Shown: positions 12,533-25,698, counted from the whole stretch's first letter. The stretch: DNA of 63,209 nt, filler included, from Octopus bimaculoides (GCF_001194135.2; 5 parts of 5 records of this genome joined end to end with filler, not necessarily neighbours in it), one strand, 5' to 3'. Numbers and translations are program-made. The notes: a model not told the origin generated them from the sequence alone.

Positions 12533-13090
12533 TTTTTACTGTCGGCTTTATGGTTACTGTTGAGTGTAATTTGGTCTGGGTTAAAATCCGCTTCATTGAT
12601 TTTAGCTCTCTCATGAAGTGGATTTTAACCCAGAGCAAATAACGCTCAACAATAACCACGAAGCCGACAATAAAAATGTACGGCAGGCCCAACTGAGGGA
12701 TCTGTATCAATATAATAAAGGATCAGAATCCCGATTGAAACAAGGCCAACATTTTACAATATAAACAAGCTTTACATGTGTATCGGAGAATTTGATTTAC
12801 TTACTTACATGCTCAGGATGCAAACGTCAATATATTGGAAGCACACAAAGCAGCATACATCAGAGGGTGGCCGTGCACAAATCCCAAACTAGAATTCCTG
12901 AATACAAGAACATATCAGTCAGCGAACACATAGACTGTTGTGCATCCAATGAATATCCGAAATTCACAATGTTTCCATTATACAAATTCAAAGATAACAC
13001 TAGTCAAAATGAAGGCATTAGCAAGGACACGAATTTCATAAGAAAGTATCGACGGAGTCTAAATTCTTTAAGCTCGGAACACTAACACTA
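12533..13090 (+). pseudogene. 5'-truncated Penelope-like element: RT-EN linker and GIY-YIG endonuclease, with a 64-bp inverted duplication at the 5' end
   Basis: WILTQSK*RSTITTKPTIK..GRPN*GIC, then QHFTI*TSFTCVSENLIYLLTCSGCKRQYIGSTQSSIHQRVAVHKSQ. The FTC.S.NLIY.L.C..C...YIG motif is the PLE GIY-YIG; stops and frameshifts are present. Confidence 0.85.
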
Positions 13091-13557
13091 TATGTATATT
13101 ATTCATAAGAAATAAAGATAAGAGATTAAATAAATCCATTTCTGTGAAGATCTCAGGGGAGATAACTTTACGAAGATTATTATTGCTACTACTGCTTATT
13201 TGATTTCTACGGCCACTCATTTTGAAAGCAATTTTGACCACACTGGTAATTTACCATCACAGAAAACAGCTGCAATTACTACTAGTAATGCCACGAAAAT
13301 TCATGGAAATTACCACGTACTCTTACAGAGAACAGAAAAGTACACTATGAACGTGTATTTTAGTAATAATCTTTTTCTCTACATATTTCATTTAAATACA
13401 TGTTTTTGATAAGGTTTATAAACAACTGAAACATGTAAAACAAAAAAATCTTGTAATGTATCTATATAAAGAAAATTAAATATATCTACTTTTAAAAATT
13501 AAATATATCTACTTTTAAAAATGTAGCATTTCCGTTCTTCTTTTTCATAAATATCTA

Positions 13558-13745
13558 CATAACCTCGTGGACATCGGTGGCGATTTTCTCTTCCTTCATT
13601 TTTCCTTTCTTTGGACTTTCCTTGCTTCCGACGAAGAGCTCCGCTCGAAACGTCATGTTCTCTCTCTTTCCTTTCCCGAACGTCTAGTAACACAATCTGT
13701 ATCACGTCTTCACGTTGTTGTTTTTTGTCTTTCTCCTTTTTTTGA
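13558..13745 (+). mobile_element. Penelope pseudo-LTR-like repeat containing a minimal hammerhead motif (13624-13658)
   Basis: TAACCTCGTGGACATCGGT...CCGACGA A GAGC TCC GCTC GAAAC GTC...TTCCTTTCCCGAACGTC; homologous to 43667-43860. Confidence 0.75.
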
Positions 13746-16700
13746 ACTGATATATATATATATATATATAGATATGTATATATATATANNNNNNNNNNNN
13801 NNNNNNNNNNNNNNNNNNNNNNNNNNNNNNNNNNNNNNNNNNNNNNNNNNNNNNNNNNNNNNNNNNNNNNNNNNNNNNNNNNNNNNNNNNNNNNNNNNNN
13901 NNNNNNNNNNNNNNNNNNNNNNNNNNNNNNNNNNNNNNNNNNNNNNNNNNNNNNNNNNNNNNNNNNNNNNNNNNNNNNNNNNNNNNNNNNNNNNNNNNNN
14001 NNNNNNNNNNNNNNNNNNNNNNNNNNNNNNNNNNNNNNNNNNNNNNNNNNNNNNNNNNNNNNNNNNNNNNNNNNNNNNNNNNNNNNNNNNNNNNNNNNNN
14101 NNNNNNNNNNNNNNNNNNNNNNNNNNNNNNNNNNNNNNNNNNNNNNNNNNNNNNNNNNNNNNNNNNNNNNNNNNNNNNNNNNNNNNNNNNNNNNNNNNNN
14201 NNNNNNNNNNNNNNNNNTATATATATATATATATATTTATGCGTTTCAGCCAAGTGGCTGCGGTCCTGCTGGAGCGTCACCGTGACTTTCCGTCTTTATA
14301 CTGTGTTCTATTCACGTTCTTTGCATGGCTCTTCTCCCCCACCTGATATAGTCCAATCAAGAGTTTTGATGGCACATCTTGTATATAAGACAATTTGACA
14401 TCGCTGCCCTCAACTGTGTCTCATTTGAAAATTAAGTGAACATTTTAAAATTTGGTATATTGATGAAATTTTATATTTGCGTTGGTGTGTGTATCTACGT
14501 GGATGCATAATTTGATATACCCATATATGCATACATATACATAAAAACATAATCATACACACGCACATATACGCACACACACATATATATCTATATGCTG
14601 TATATGTAATTGCAACTGTGCTGCCCTTTCTGAACATGTGTGTATATATGCGAATATACATGCGAGTATAGTAATATTTTAATCCGATTTCGTTTCAGAT
14701 GTAAACGATAATAATACCTTACACTTACATTTAATTGGTCAGTTGAAAGATAGCCTCATCACAAATTAGTTAAGTGTTTCTCCATTTGTTTGTACTCATT
14801 TGTCGATAACTGACCTCAAGCTTGGTTAGAGTTGTTCACACCAGCACATACAGAACCTCACCGACACATACGTAGTCTCTCTCACATTCACAGCCCAGTT
14901 ATAGATGCGTGTGCATATACATACATACACGCCTGCATTCAGAGAACTCATACTTACGCATATGCACACAGATACTTAAATGCATTCAGAGAATGTGTAA
15001 TTGTGCGTATGCATAAATATACATATTTCATAGTGTTATATAATTTCTTCTCTCAGTATATGTATATTAGTATCCGTATGCTTTTTGCCTTGTCTGTGTG
15101 TTTATGTTCTTGTGTAGTGTTTTGTGTTTGTTTGGCGTGCGTCTATTCTGCTTGTGTATCTCTTTTGCCGTATATACGTGCGTGTATCTGTATGGTTATG
15201 TTTTGTGTGTGCCTGTGTGTCTATGTGTTTTTATGTATATGTGCGTTTATGTGTTTGTGTGTGTATGTGTATGTGTGTGTCTACGTGTGTGCACGTGTGT
15301 AAAATTTTGTTAATGCTTCAGGGATTTTATGTATATGTGGATAACTAATTAGTAAGAGAAATCTTGATTTGGAGAATTAGCCACTACAAGTGTGTCTTAA
15401 TTTAAACCACTCTGTCATTATCTGAGTCTGAAGTGTTATTAAGTACATGGTCAATGCGTACGTTACCAATTTATTCACCAACACGGTTTTAATGGATTTG
15501 CACTTTATTTCTTCTAAACCTCTATATGTAGAATTGTTGCTTTTGTTTTTTGTAAGCTATTATTTCAAAAACTTAGACGTCATTCAGTATTAATTCTTAT
15601 TACGCAGTGTCTTTCATTTCGCTTTGTATTAGAAGCTTTTAAGATGAAACAACACTTTTAAAAAATAAAATAAAATAAAATAAAATAAAATATTAGAATC
15701 TTTTGACTCGTCGTTTGATCTGATTTTAATCTTATCACGATAATGTTTATTCGCGTAACTTCTCTTTCGCACTCTAAATATATTTATGTTCATATTTATA
15801 AATTGTTATTATTTACAATATTGTTAATTCTCATTCATATCTGGCGTTTTGTCATGCATTTCTGTTATTCCCTTTTTGTTTATTACACTATAACATTTCA
15901 ATACATTTGTGAGACCCATGCAGGAAATACACATGGATATCTTTATGCTCTTTCTTTCCAAAAAGCAAACTAGACAGAAATGAAGAGACTGCGATGTAAA
16001 TGAACTCGTAGTTTTGGGTTTTGATCCCTTGTCCTATATTTCGTTATTTATACACGTTTTTCTTAAATCTATACTGATAGATTTATTTCAGAGATCTGCT
16101 TCCGACCACAATCGATTACGAAGGTTACACTTAATGCCTACATCTTCATATGGTATTTCTCTTTTCACACAATATCAGCAGCAATAGTTTCAACTCACAA
16201 TTGCGAACTAGATGGGCAACGTATATATACGAGGTACTATATATTAACATGTCATTCCATCGTCTATCTAGAATTAGCAATCAATTTTCCTTTAAATTAT
16301 GCTCTACTTTCTGAAAAACTAGTATAACGTGTTGGTTAATCCAGTCCTTACTATNNNNNNNNNNNNNNNNNNNNNNNNNNNNNNNNNNNNNNNNNNNNNN
16401 NNNNNNNNNNNNNNNNNNNNNNNNNNNNNNNNNNNNNNNNNNNNNNNNNNNNNNNNNNNNNNNNNNNNNNNNNNNNNNNNNNNNNNNNNNNNNNNNNNNN
16501 NNNNNNNNNNNNNNNNNNNNNNNNNNNNNNNNNNNNNNNNNNNNNNNNNNNNNNNNNNNNNNNNNNNNNNNNNNNNNNNNNNNNNNNNNNNNNNNNNNNN
16601 NNNNNNNNNNNNNNNNNNNNNNNNNNNNNNNNNNNNNNNNNNNNNNNNNNNNNNNNNNNNNNNNNNNNNNNNNNNNNNNNNNNNNNNNNNNNNNNNNNNN

Positions 16701-17687
16701 NNNNNNNNNNNNNNNNNNNNNNNNNNNNNNNNNNNNNNNNNNNNNNNNNNNNNNNNNNNNNNNNNNNNNNNNNNNNNNNNNNNNNNNNNNNNNNNNNNNN
16801 NNNNNNNNNNNNNNNNNNNNNNNNNNNNNNNNNNNNNNNNNNNNNNNNNNNNNNNNNNNNNNNNNNNNNNNNNNNNNNNNNNNNNNNNNNNNNNNNNNNN
16901 NNNNNNNNNNNNNNNNNNNNNNNNNNNNNNNNNNNNNNNNNNNNNNNNNNNNNNNNNNNNNNNNNNNNNNNNNNNNNNNNNNNNNNNNNNNNNNNNNNNN
17001 NNNNNNNNNNNNNNNNNNNNNNNNNNNNNNNNNNNNNNNNNNNNNNNNNNNNNNNNNNNNNNNNNNNNNNNNNNNNNNNNNNNNNNNNNNNNNNNNNNNN
17101 NNNNNNNNNNNNNNNNNNNNNNNNNNNNNNNNNNNNNNNGTGCCGTTTTTATTGGTCCCAGAGTTTATTGTGGAATGTGTATATGAGTATGTGTGTGTTT
17201 TATCTATGGTAGGATGGTGTGTGTATATGTGTGCGCATGTGTGTGTATGTGTTTGTTCGTGTGTGTGCGTGTGTGCGTTCGTGAGTGCGTGTGTGATTGT
17301 GTGTTTTTTCTGTCGGAGTGGATGTTAGGTGTGTGTACGTGAGAGTGTGCCTATATCTCTTTGTCTGAGTATGTATGTGTTGTTTTAATCGTCCTTGTGG
17401 TGTGTGCGTGTGAGTGCAACCGTATGTATGTGTGAGGGTGTGTACGTATGTGTGCGTATGTGTGTATATATATAAATATATATATACATACATACATACA
17501 TAAAAGAAGTAAATGGAGAGATCAACAGATAAACATCAATTTATTAACATAACGTCAATTTCAGATTACCTACAATGTCCTCAAAATAACCACGTGAGTG
17601 TTTGTGTGTGTGTGTGTGTCTAAGTGTGTGTGTGAACAAGAACAGAAACGGAAAAAATCACACCTTTAATTGATGATTATAACATAC

Positions 17688-17770
17688 ATTACCCTTGATG
17701 TGGATGTTAATTCTATTTGAATTTATTAGTATCTGATTGTTGATATAGTTAACCAAGTTCGTTTAACACG
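17688..17770 (+). repeat. Unclassified dispersed repeat of about 80 bp shared with 60955-61035
   Basis: GGATGTTAATTCTATTTGAATTTATT.GTATCTGATTGTT...TTAACCAAGTTC is present at both sites. Confidence 0.75.
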
Positions 17771-17821
17771 GCTCATTATAGATACATGGCAGGATTTGTT
17801 AATCCTTTTTAATTCTTCTGA

Positions 17822-17910
<89 letters not shown>

Positions 17911-17935
17911 GTCTGTCTGTCTGTCTATCTATCTG

Positions 17936-17971
<36 letters not shown>

Positions 17972-17980
17972 CTGATACAG

Positions 17981-18039
17981 AAGTGTGTAATTATCGTGTC
18001 TGGAATGATTTTGATATTTTCACTATTCATATTGTTCAG
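17981..18039 (+). other. Candidate exon, 59 nt
   Basis: ACTGATACAG| acceptor and CAG|GTAACC donor; open as [20 protein letters not shown] (phase 1 to 0) or [19 protein letters not shown] (phase 0 to 2). Confidence 0.35.
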
Positions 18040-18484
18040 GTAACCTGCTCCTAAATTATGTATTCGTAACATAATGTAAGAAGTGGGCTATATGAGAGGT
18101 AAACATGAGGCTGCAGATGAACAGTGCTTTTCAGGAGATAGGAACCATCATACACCCAAGTGGATTTAGGGGATTATACCATGTAAATTTGCATAATATG
18201 TATTACATAGATCTTCTTCGGTTTTTGTTCAATATCATTAAATCTATGTCGCTTTTTGTTCAGTATTATCTAAACAAAATGTGGCATCTGAGGTAGTGTC
18301 AAAAACAAAAAAAAAAAGAAATCATTTAATGTAGCCTTCAATAATAGGTTGTGGATAATATTACTTTTAAAATATCAATATGTAAATGTGCATGCATATA
18401 GTGGTCTTAGTTAGTGTAGTTCTAATTAGCTATTATATGCTTTTCGTTTTCATATTTTATATTTGTTCTGATTCTCACTTAAAG

Positions 18485-18503
18485 ACCATTAATTTCTCCA
18501 CTG
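18485..18503 (+). other. Candidate 19-nt microexon
   Basis: Long pyrimidine tract ending CTCACTTAAAG|, strong CTG|GTAAGC donor; TINFST+G in phase 0 to 1. Confidence 0.35.
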
Positions 18504-18586
18504 GTAAGCACATCTCTGACAACGGCTTAACTCAATATTATTTTGTATATTCTCATTGCACCACCACCACCACCACCACCACCACC

Positions 18587-18666
<80 letters not shown>

Positions 18667-18763
18667 CACTACCACTAATACTGCATTTTATTTTTATTCT
18701 TTGATTTCATCTGAGTTCTTTTGTGTTTATCGTTGCCATCTCATATTTTTCTCTCTGATACAG

Positions 18764-18847
18764 AGATAACGCATCCAAGAATGCTGACTTATTGCATTCG
18801 GGAATTATCTCGTGAGGTAACGTCGAGAAATGTTCAATCATATCTAG
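18764..18847 (+). other. Candidate exon, 84 nt (alternative donor at 18816)
   Basis: TTTTTCTCTCTGATACAG| acceptor; donors GAG|GTAACG and TAG|GTACGA; the only open frame is xITHPRMLTYCIRELSREVTSRNVQSYL. Confidence 0.35.
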
Positions 18848-19406
18848 GTACGAAAAAGTGAAATAGCTAGGATATAATAAACTGTATATATAATGTATAG
18901 TTTTCAGTATACTCATTTATGTGTAACAGTTATTCTGCACAAATATAGAAATGTATACTGGTGTTTGTATTTTCTTATCTGGATGCGCAACATACAATAT
19001 AATATAGTGTTTATTTCATTCTATTTTACATCTGATAAGGTATTTATAAAAGCATGAAAATCAAATTAAGCTTATTAAGTTGTAAAGTGAAGAAATATAA
19101 AACAATTATTATAATATTAGAAAAGGTCATGCAATATTTCAAGCTTTAAATTTAAATCGTAAAAATTCTTAAATTAAAATAAATTGGATTTTCATTGTAG
19201 GATATTTTATAACTAGCAAACCACGAACGTTTTTGATAATGTCATGCTAACACTTTCCAAGACGAAAAAAAAAAAAAAGAAAAAGGAATCTGAACCTTAT
19301 ATCGTTCCCAACGAGCGCACATGAACGAAGAGGTAAGGAACCTAAAGCAATTTTACGCATATATCTACAAGATTTTATCGGCTTTTATTATTTCTTTTCT
19401 TCATAG

Positions 19407-19481
19407 ACTCATGGATGATTTTCTGCCACATATACCTGAGTCTACACACATTAAGCAAGACGTTGATTATTAAAAGAAACG
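19407..19481 (+). other. Candidate exon, 75 nt, phase 1-1
   Basis: TTTCTTTTCTTCATAG| acceptor and ACG|GTATAG donor; the only open frame is xSWMIFCHIYLSLHTLSKTLIIKRN. Confidence 0.3.
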
Positions 19482-20628
19482 GTATAGAATAAATAATTTA
19501 TACGCTTCTTGATCCACCATTACAAAAGGAATTATTTCTCTCGAAGTTTATAAATTCTTGTGACATAAATAATATACGATAATCTCTGGGAAGAATGTTG
19601 TTTCTAAAATGGATAGAGGAAAACAATGCTTTTCTCCATTGATACCATTGATAGAACTCCAGTCATGTTTACAGGAAGTGTAGTTTCGTTCATCACGGTT
19701 AGCCTTCGACTTTTATATATCCAAAGGAATTTTAACCCAATATGTACACGTTGCAAAGAGTATTTTATATATATATTCACTTATATATGAATGCATTTAC
19801 GATCGCATCAAATATGATTTCTGGAAATGCTGTGTAGAAATACCTTGTTCAAACGTAAAGCATGATTTTAAGCACTCACTCCAAATCATCGATTGACTCC
19901 AAAGCATTGACAGACTCCAAAGACGACGGTTTGCAGTGTATTGACAAATAGTTACTCTTGTCATATACGGTGACAGAGAAATATAAAGGCACATGATGAC
20001 ATAATAATACCACGAGAAAAAGACATACCTACATAAGTCATTAGTAATGAATATACGCGTGTGTATGCATGTGCGAATGCGCGTGTGTGTGTGTGTGTGT
20101 GTATATGAGCGTGCGTATGCGTGTGTTTGTTTTCTTTCTCTTTTTCATTTAGAGTAATATTTGACTGGCTACCAAATTGGTAGCAAGGTTGTCAAGTATC
20201 ACGATTTAACCGCCATGTATCTACATATGTGTGTATTTATGCATGTGTGTGTATACGTATGTACGTATTTGTGCATGTACACAAATGCATGCATACATTT
20301 ATGCGTGAGTATATCTGCTTATGTGTACATATATCATATTAATGAACAAACATTTTATTCAGATATAATATAAATATCAGAAATAATACATTTCTAAATC
20401 TTTCAGAGAGGCTTAAGCAGTAGTGATGCGATAAAGTAGTTGTATACTGCCAACTTAACGTGACAGTCCCAATAAGGGAATACACTACTGCTATTTAGCC
20501 GCTTCCTGTCGGCCTTGACACATTCCCTGTGTCCTTATGTTTGTGAGGGGGGGGGACAAACTCCTCCACCTAGCCTAGCCTGTATTCAAGGACATGTTTC
20601 TGNNNNNNNNNNCCTAGCCTAGCCTGTA

Positions 20629-20671
20629 TTCAAGGACATGTTTCTGAGTCTTTGCTCGTCATCAGCCTGAA
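20629..20671 (-). ncRNA. Minimal type-I hammerhead ribozyme
   Basis: Minus strand: UUCAGG CUGAUGA CGAG CAAAGA CUCA GAAAC AU GUC CUUGAA. 6-bp stem I, intact core, palindromic stem III ACAUGU, one mismatch at the base of stem II. Confidence 0.75.
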
Positions 20672-20812
20672 GTAGCACGACCAGCTGGTTGAAAAAGTCT
20701 GTCAACCTCACGCAAAGATATATTATTTCAGTGAAACACATTCACTGATTACAAAAATTACTACTGCTTAAGTCTCTCTGAGAGATTTAGAAATGTATTG
20801 CTTCTAATTTTT

Positions 20813-20884
<72 letters not shown>

Positions 20885-22006
20885 ACAAAGGTACAGAATA
20901 TATGTTCAGTCGGGTGTCATGAACCCAGAGAAACGTTCGGCATTTGGAAGCTGACTATAGATTAGTTATAACTAGGTCCAGTGGATGGATGGGTCCTGTC
21001 CAACCACCAGACTGCTTGAACAGGAACAATCCAGAATTTCTGCTTAGCAAATTTCAGTTACAGTATTTGTGGGATGGGATGGAATGTTGGAATATAGTCG
21101 CCAAATGTATGAATACTAGCATCGAACATGAGATAAACCACAGACATGCCTTCATTCGCATTACTGAAACGAAGAATTTATTTCTCCCGCTGTATAATTT
21201 CTTCCAAATCACTGATCTGTATTTAAAGTTACTATCAACGTAGACAATATTATTTGAAACATTATGCAGATTTCGATTTAAAACTAACATTGTTATTGTG
21301 CCAAAAGTATGTCAATGATCAACGATGCATAAAGATATATAGATTTTAAATCCTAACTGCATGTTAGTATTTCAACATTTTTATGTCTACTGGGTTGTCT
21401 GTTTTAGAATATTTATTCCAACTGCAGAAGGAATATATAATGCGCAAATATCTCCTGCTAAACCCCACCACCAAAAAAAAAAAAACAACAAAGAACAAAA
21501 AAACATTCAGCTGTACAATTTCGAAAATGTTGCCCTTAAGATTCTAGATGCATAGGTACGTTCCAGAAATAACTATATACATCTATCACACAAATACATA
21601 TATTACACACATACGTATATACAACGAAACCCTTACGCGCGCGCGCGCACACACACACACATATNNNNNNNNNNNNNNNNNNNNNNNNNNNNNNNNNNNN
21701 NNNNNNNNNNNNNNNNNNNNNNNNNNNNNNNNNNNNNNNNNNNNNNNNNNNNNNNNNNNNNNNNNNNNNNNNNNNNNNNNNNNNNNNNNNNNNNNNNNNN
21801 NNNNNNNNNNNNNNNNNNNNNNNNNNNNNNNNNNNNNNNNNNNNNNNNNNNNNNNNNNNNNNNNNNNNNNNNNNNNNNNNNNNNNNNNNNNNNNNNNNNN
21901 NNNNNNNNNNNNNNNNNNNNNNNNNNNNNNNNNNNNNNNNNNNNNNNNNNNNNNNNNNNNNNNNNNNNNNNNNNNNNNNNNNNNNNNNNNNNNNNNNNNN
22001 NNNNNN

Positions 22007-22044
<38 letters not shown>

Positions 22045-22636
22045 CATTTAATGTATACATTATTATAAATGTATGATCTACTAATAAGTTCTTGCTTTGA
22101 AGAAACCTGCTTTGTGTCTCTATGCAATCTCCATCCTCTGAACATATCAACGTATCCCCTTGCTCATCAAGACGCTGCCACAAAAGAAAACACGAGAAAA
22201 AAAAGAGAAGGTAGATGCAAACATACTGGGAGGGTGAATAAAAACGAAAAGAGAAAAGAGATGTAAGAAAAGTAGTTTCGTCTATTTTCACTGCAAAGGC
22301 ATAATTAAGCTAGTTGCAAAATCTTTATATACATATATGCTTATATGCAAAAATGTGCGTGTGTGTGTTTGTAAGTAGATTTGGGAACGCACATATCAGT
22401 GTTTTTATATATATGAGTATGCACTGTATGAATGTACATACATACAAACACACACGAATGCTGACACATATATCTGGGATTGATACCCGTTTTAGTGATG
22501 CTTGTTAGATGGTTCGATGTTAGATATATATTTATTGGTCGAAACACAAAAGTATTTTACAAAATTAAATGGTCCTCGATAGCTCTCACCTTTCCTGATA
22601 TTTGTATATGCATGTTTATTTCACTGCGTTTCTTAG

Positions 22637-22708
22637 AAAGTTGGTGGAAAATAACTCTATTCAATGTAGGAAAGTTTCATATGGATCCGAATGGCGGATA
22701 AATTGCAA
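22637..22708 (+). other. Candidate exon, 72 nt
   Basis: GCGTTTCTTAG| acceptor and perfect CAA|GTAAGT donor; open in phase 2-2 (KLVENNSIQCRKVSYGSEWRINC) and also contains ATG GCG GAT AAA TTG CAA at its end. Confidence 0.25.
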
Positions 22709-23760
22709 GTAAGTATATTTTATGTGTGGCTGCACCTGTAGAAGTATTAAAAGTTAGTGAAACTTTAAACTTTGGTGTATTGATGTAATTGTCTACGCTG
22801 GATCTCAGGGGCTAATACACTTTTTCTAGAAAAATTAAAAAGATACGTTTCTGAGATTTAAATTTTCATAATTTTTACACAGTCAAAAAAGAGGATTTGG
22901 AAGCTATCATTTTGTGCGTGCCATCACAAGTTGTCAACTGTAAACAAATAAAATATTGGTGAAATTCTGCTTTGCGCATATAACCCCACATAGCAGTTTT
23001 TGCTTAGAATGCTAAAAAAACTTGTTGCGAATTTGTATTCTACACATAGGAATACAAATATTATGACCCCTACCAACAAATAAAAAATGAGTGTGTGACT
23101 TGAAGCTTATTTAGCTAAGACGTTTAGCACCTCTCATGACCGTCTATGTGTCTTAAGCATTTTATAAGGAAAAAATTATCACGTGAGTAAGGAGTTGGTA
23201 ACAGCTTCACTTGTTACTATGGAAACATGCATCTTTATGCCTATGTGTTTCGACTGACTAAAATTACCCAACGTTTGGAAACTTTAAAAGATATTGACTC
23301 CTCATTTAGTAAGTGATGCTAAAAATATTTTGCATATAATTGATTATCATACAAACCTCTAGCAATACAACAAATATGAAGTCAATTGGAACAGAAATCC
23401 AAGAAACTGAAATGTGGCAGCCAAGGAGAAAAGATTCGCAAGAAATAATAACAGAAGCATGTGTATACAATATTTCTTTCACTTAAAGAAGTCTTGCCTA
23501 AAACCTATTTAAAGTTATTATTAATTATTGTATATTTTGTTATACATATATACAGTCATCCATGTATTATCAATAATGTATATGCATACACACAGATGTG
23601 CGTGTACATAAAACATTGTCAAGATTATACTTAACTCGAGTTATGTATACACATACACACAAACACATAATGTGACCCGTACTTGCTTTTCTTGTCCCTT
23701 TTTCGTATCATCTGTCTGGATGTTTTGCGTTCTTGTCCCATTTTCTGCATTCCTATATGC

Positions 23761-23838
<78 letters not shown>

Positions 23839-23934
23839 TATATATGCATATGCATATATGTATAACAACAAACGTATATATATATTTATATATATGTAAA
23901 AAATAATTATATGCATATATTTATATGTTGTTGT

Positions 23935-24312
23935 TGGCACTCGGTCGCTTACGACATCGAGGGTTCCAGTTGATCCGATCAACGGAATACCCTGCTCCTG
24001 AAATTAACGTGCACGTGGCTGAGCACTCCACAGACACATGTACCCTTAATGTAGTTCTCGGGGATATTCAGCGTGACACTGTGTGACAAGGCTGACACTT
24101 TGTATTACAGGCACAACAGAAATAGGAAGTAAGAGTGACAGAAAGATGTTGTGAAAGAGTACAGCAGGGTTCGCCACCATCCCCTGCCGGAGCCTCGTGG
24201 AGCTTTTAGATGTTTTCGCTAAATAAACACTCACAACGCCCGGTCTGGGAATTCTAACTGCGATCCTATGACAGCAAGTCCGCTGCCCTACCACTGGGCC
24301 ATTGCGCCTCTA
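23935..24312 (-). mobile_element. tRNA-derived SINE family B, near full length
   Basis: Minus-strand head GAGGCGCAATGGCCCAGTGGTAGGGCAGCGGACT...AGAATTCCCAGACCGGGCG; conserved central block GTCTGTGGAGTGCTCAGCCACGTGCACGTTAATTTC shared with 56460-57225. Confidence 0.85.
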
Positions 24313-24399
24313 CATATATTTATATATGCATATATATAAAAACAAACAAGATGAGAACAAATATCTGTCAATTGCAAATAATGTAACTAATGAATGTAT

Positions 24400-25630
24400 G
24401 TATGTGTAGTGGGTTGTATTTATGTGTACATATATACATCATAGATATATATACACGTATACACATCTATGATATATATGTGTGTATAACTGAGTATGTG
24501 TGTGTATGCGTGTGGTGGTAGTGACATGTGTGTGTGTGTGTATGAAACCGTGTGTGTGTATGAAACCGTGTGTGTGTTTGGTCAGTTGTGTAGTAGTAAC
24601 TGAGTGAATGCGTGTTTGTGCGTGGTAGCGTGTGTGCATGTGGCGGTAACTGCGTGCGTTGCGTGTGTATTTAACTGCTAACATGTGCTTATGTGAGTAA
24701 TCTCTGTATATCTGTGAATGTTGTAATGATAGATCAGCGGCCATGGTGACAGGTGTATGTATGGGTGCTAGGGTGTTTTTGCACAAGTGCGAAGATGGGA
24801 TGGTCAGTAGTAGTTGGGGCAATAGAAGGGTGTTTGAGTGGCAGTCCGAAGGGTATGTGGATGGGTGTGGTGAAATGTGTACGTACACTGCAAATCCTTG
24901 TATGTGTGTGCAAACATGTGTATAGATGCGTGTGGGTCCGACTCTCTCTCTCTCTCTCTCGGTCACTCTGATTTTCTATCTGTCTGTCTGTGTATGTGAG
25001 TGTGTGTGTGTTCGTGTGTGCGTGTGGGCATGTGTGTGTATGTGTGTGTGAGTACATGTGTAATTCAATGTATGTGTGTGTATGTATGTGTCTGCGTGTA
25101 TGCGTGTCTTGTGTATGTGTTGACTGTTTGGAAGTATATGTGCGTTCGTGTTCGGGTGCGTGCATTTGTGTGCGTGTGTGTATGTGTGTGTATGCGCGTG
25201 GGTTGGTTTGTGTATGTGTATGTGTATGTCAGTTCCTCTGTGTGTGTGCGTGTGAGAGTGTTTACGTGTATGTGCGTGTGTGCATGTATGCCTGCGCATA
25301 TGTGTGTTGGGTGTGTGATGCGTGTGCGGTGGTATATGTGCGTGCGCGTGCGTGCGTGTGGTTTTGCTTATAGGTAACCGTGTGTATGTATGCGTGCATG
25401 TGTGTTTACTTATGCGTGTTTGTGTGTGTGTGCATGTATGTGTGTGTGCCTGCATTCATTTCTGCCTGCGTGTGTGACAGGGACAGAGAGTGAGGAGGAG
25501 CGTGGGACTGTTGTCGGAAGAGTATGTAACTGGAAGTGGGTGACTGTGTAAATTGATGAGGGTGATGGTGGAGGTGTGTGCATGTATTGGCATGTGTGTG
25601 TACACATGTATGGGTGTGTGTTTATCTTTG
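24400..25630. repeat. Cryptic (GT)-rich low-complexity tract
   Basis: Degenerate GT/AT dinucleotide mosaic; the ORFs here are CV/HT artefacts. Confidence 0.9.
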
Positions 25631-25698
25631 AACGTCATTCTATCACGCGTTCTCTCACTGTATAAATGTGTGTTTACTTATCTCAGTGTACCACTCTG

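Noticed and set aside
20569-20646. Exact 34-bp duplication on both sides of a 10-N gap
   Set aside because: Most simply an unmerged contig overlap; kept only as a caveat for the adjacent hammerhead.
20900-21250. Non-repetitive segment with ORFs 20944..21243 (+) and 21054..21290 (-)
   Set aside because: No recognisable domain, ATG context or convincing paired splice sites.
21428-21555. Strong acceptor and GTACGT donor pair
   Set aside because: Stops occur near the 3' end in the frames I could follow, and the internal A-run makes frame uncertain; it cannot be supported as coding.
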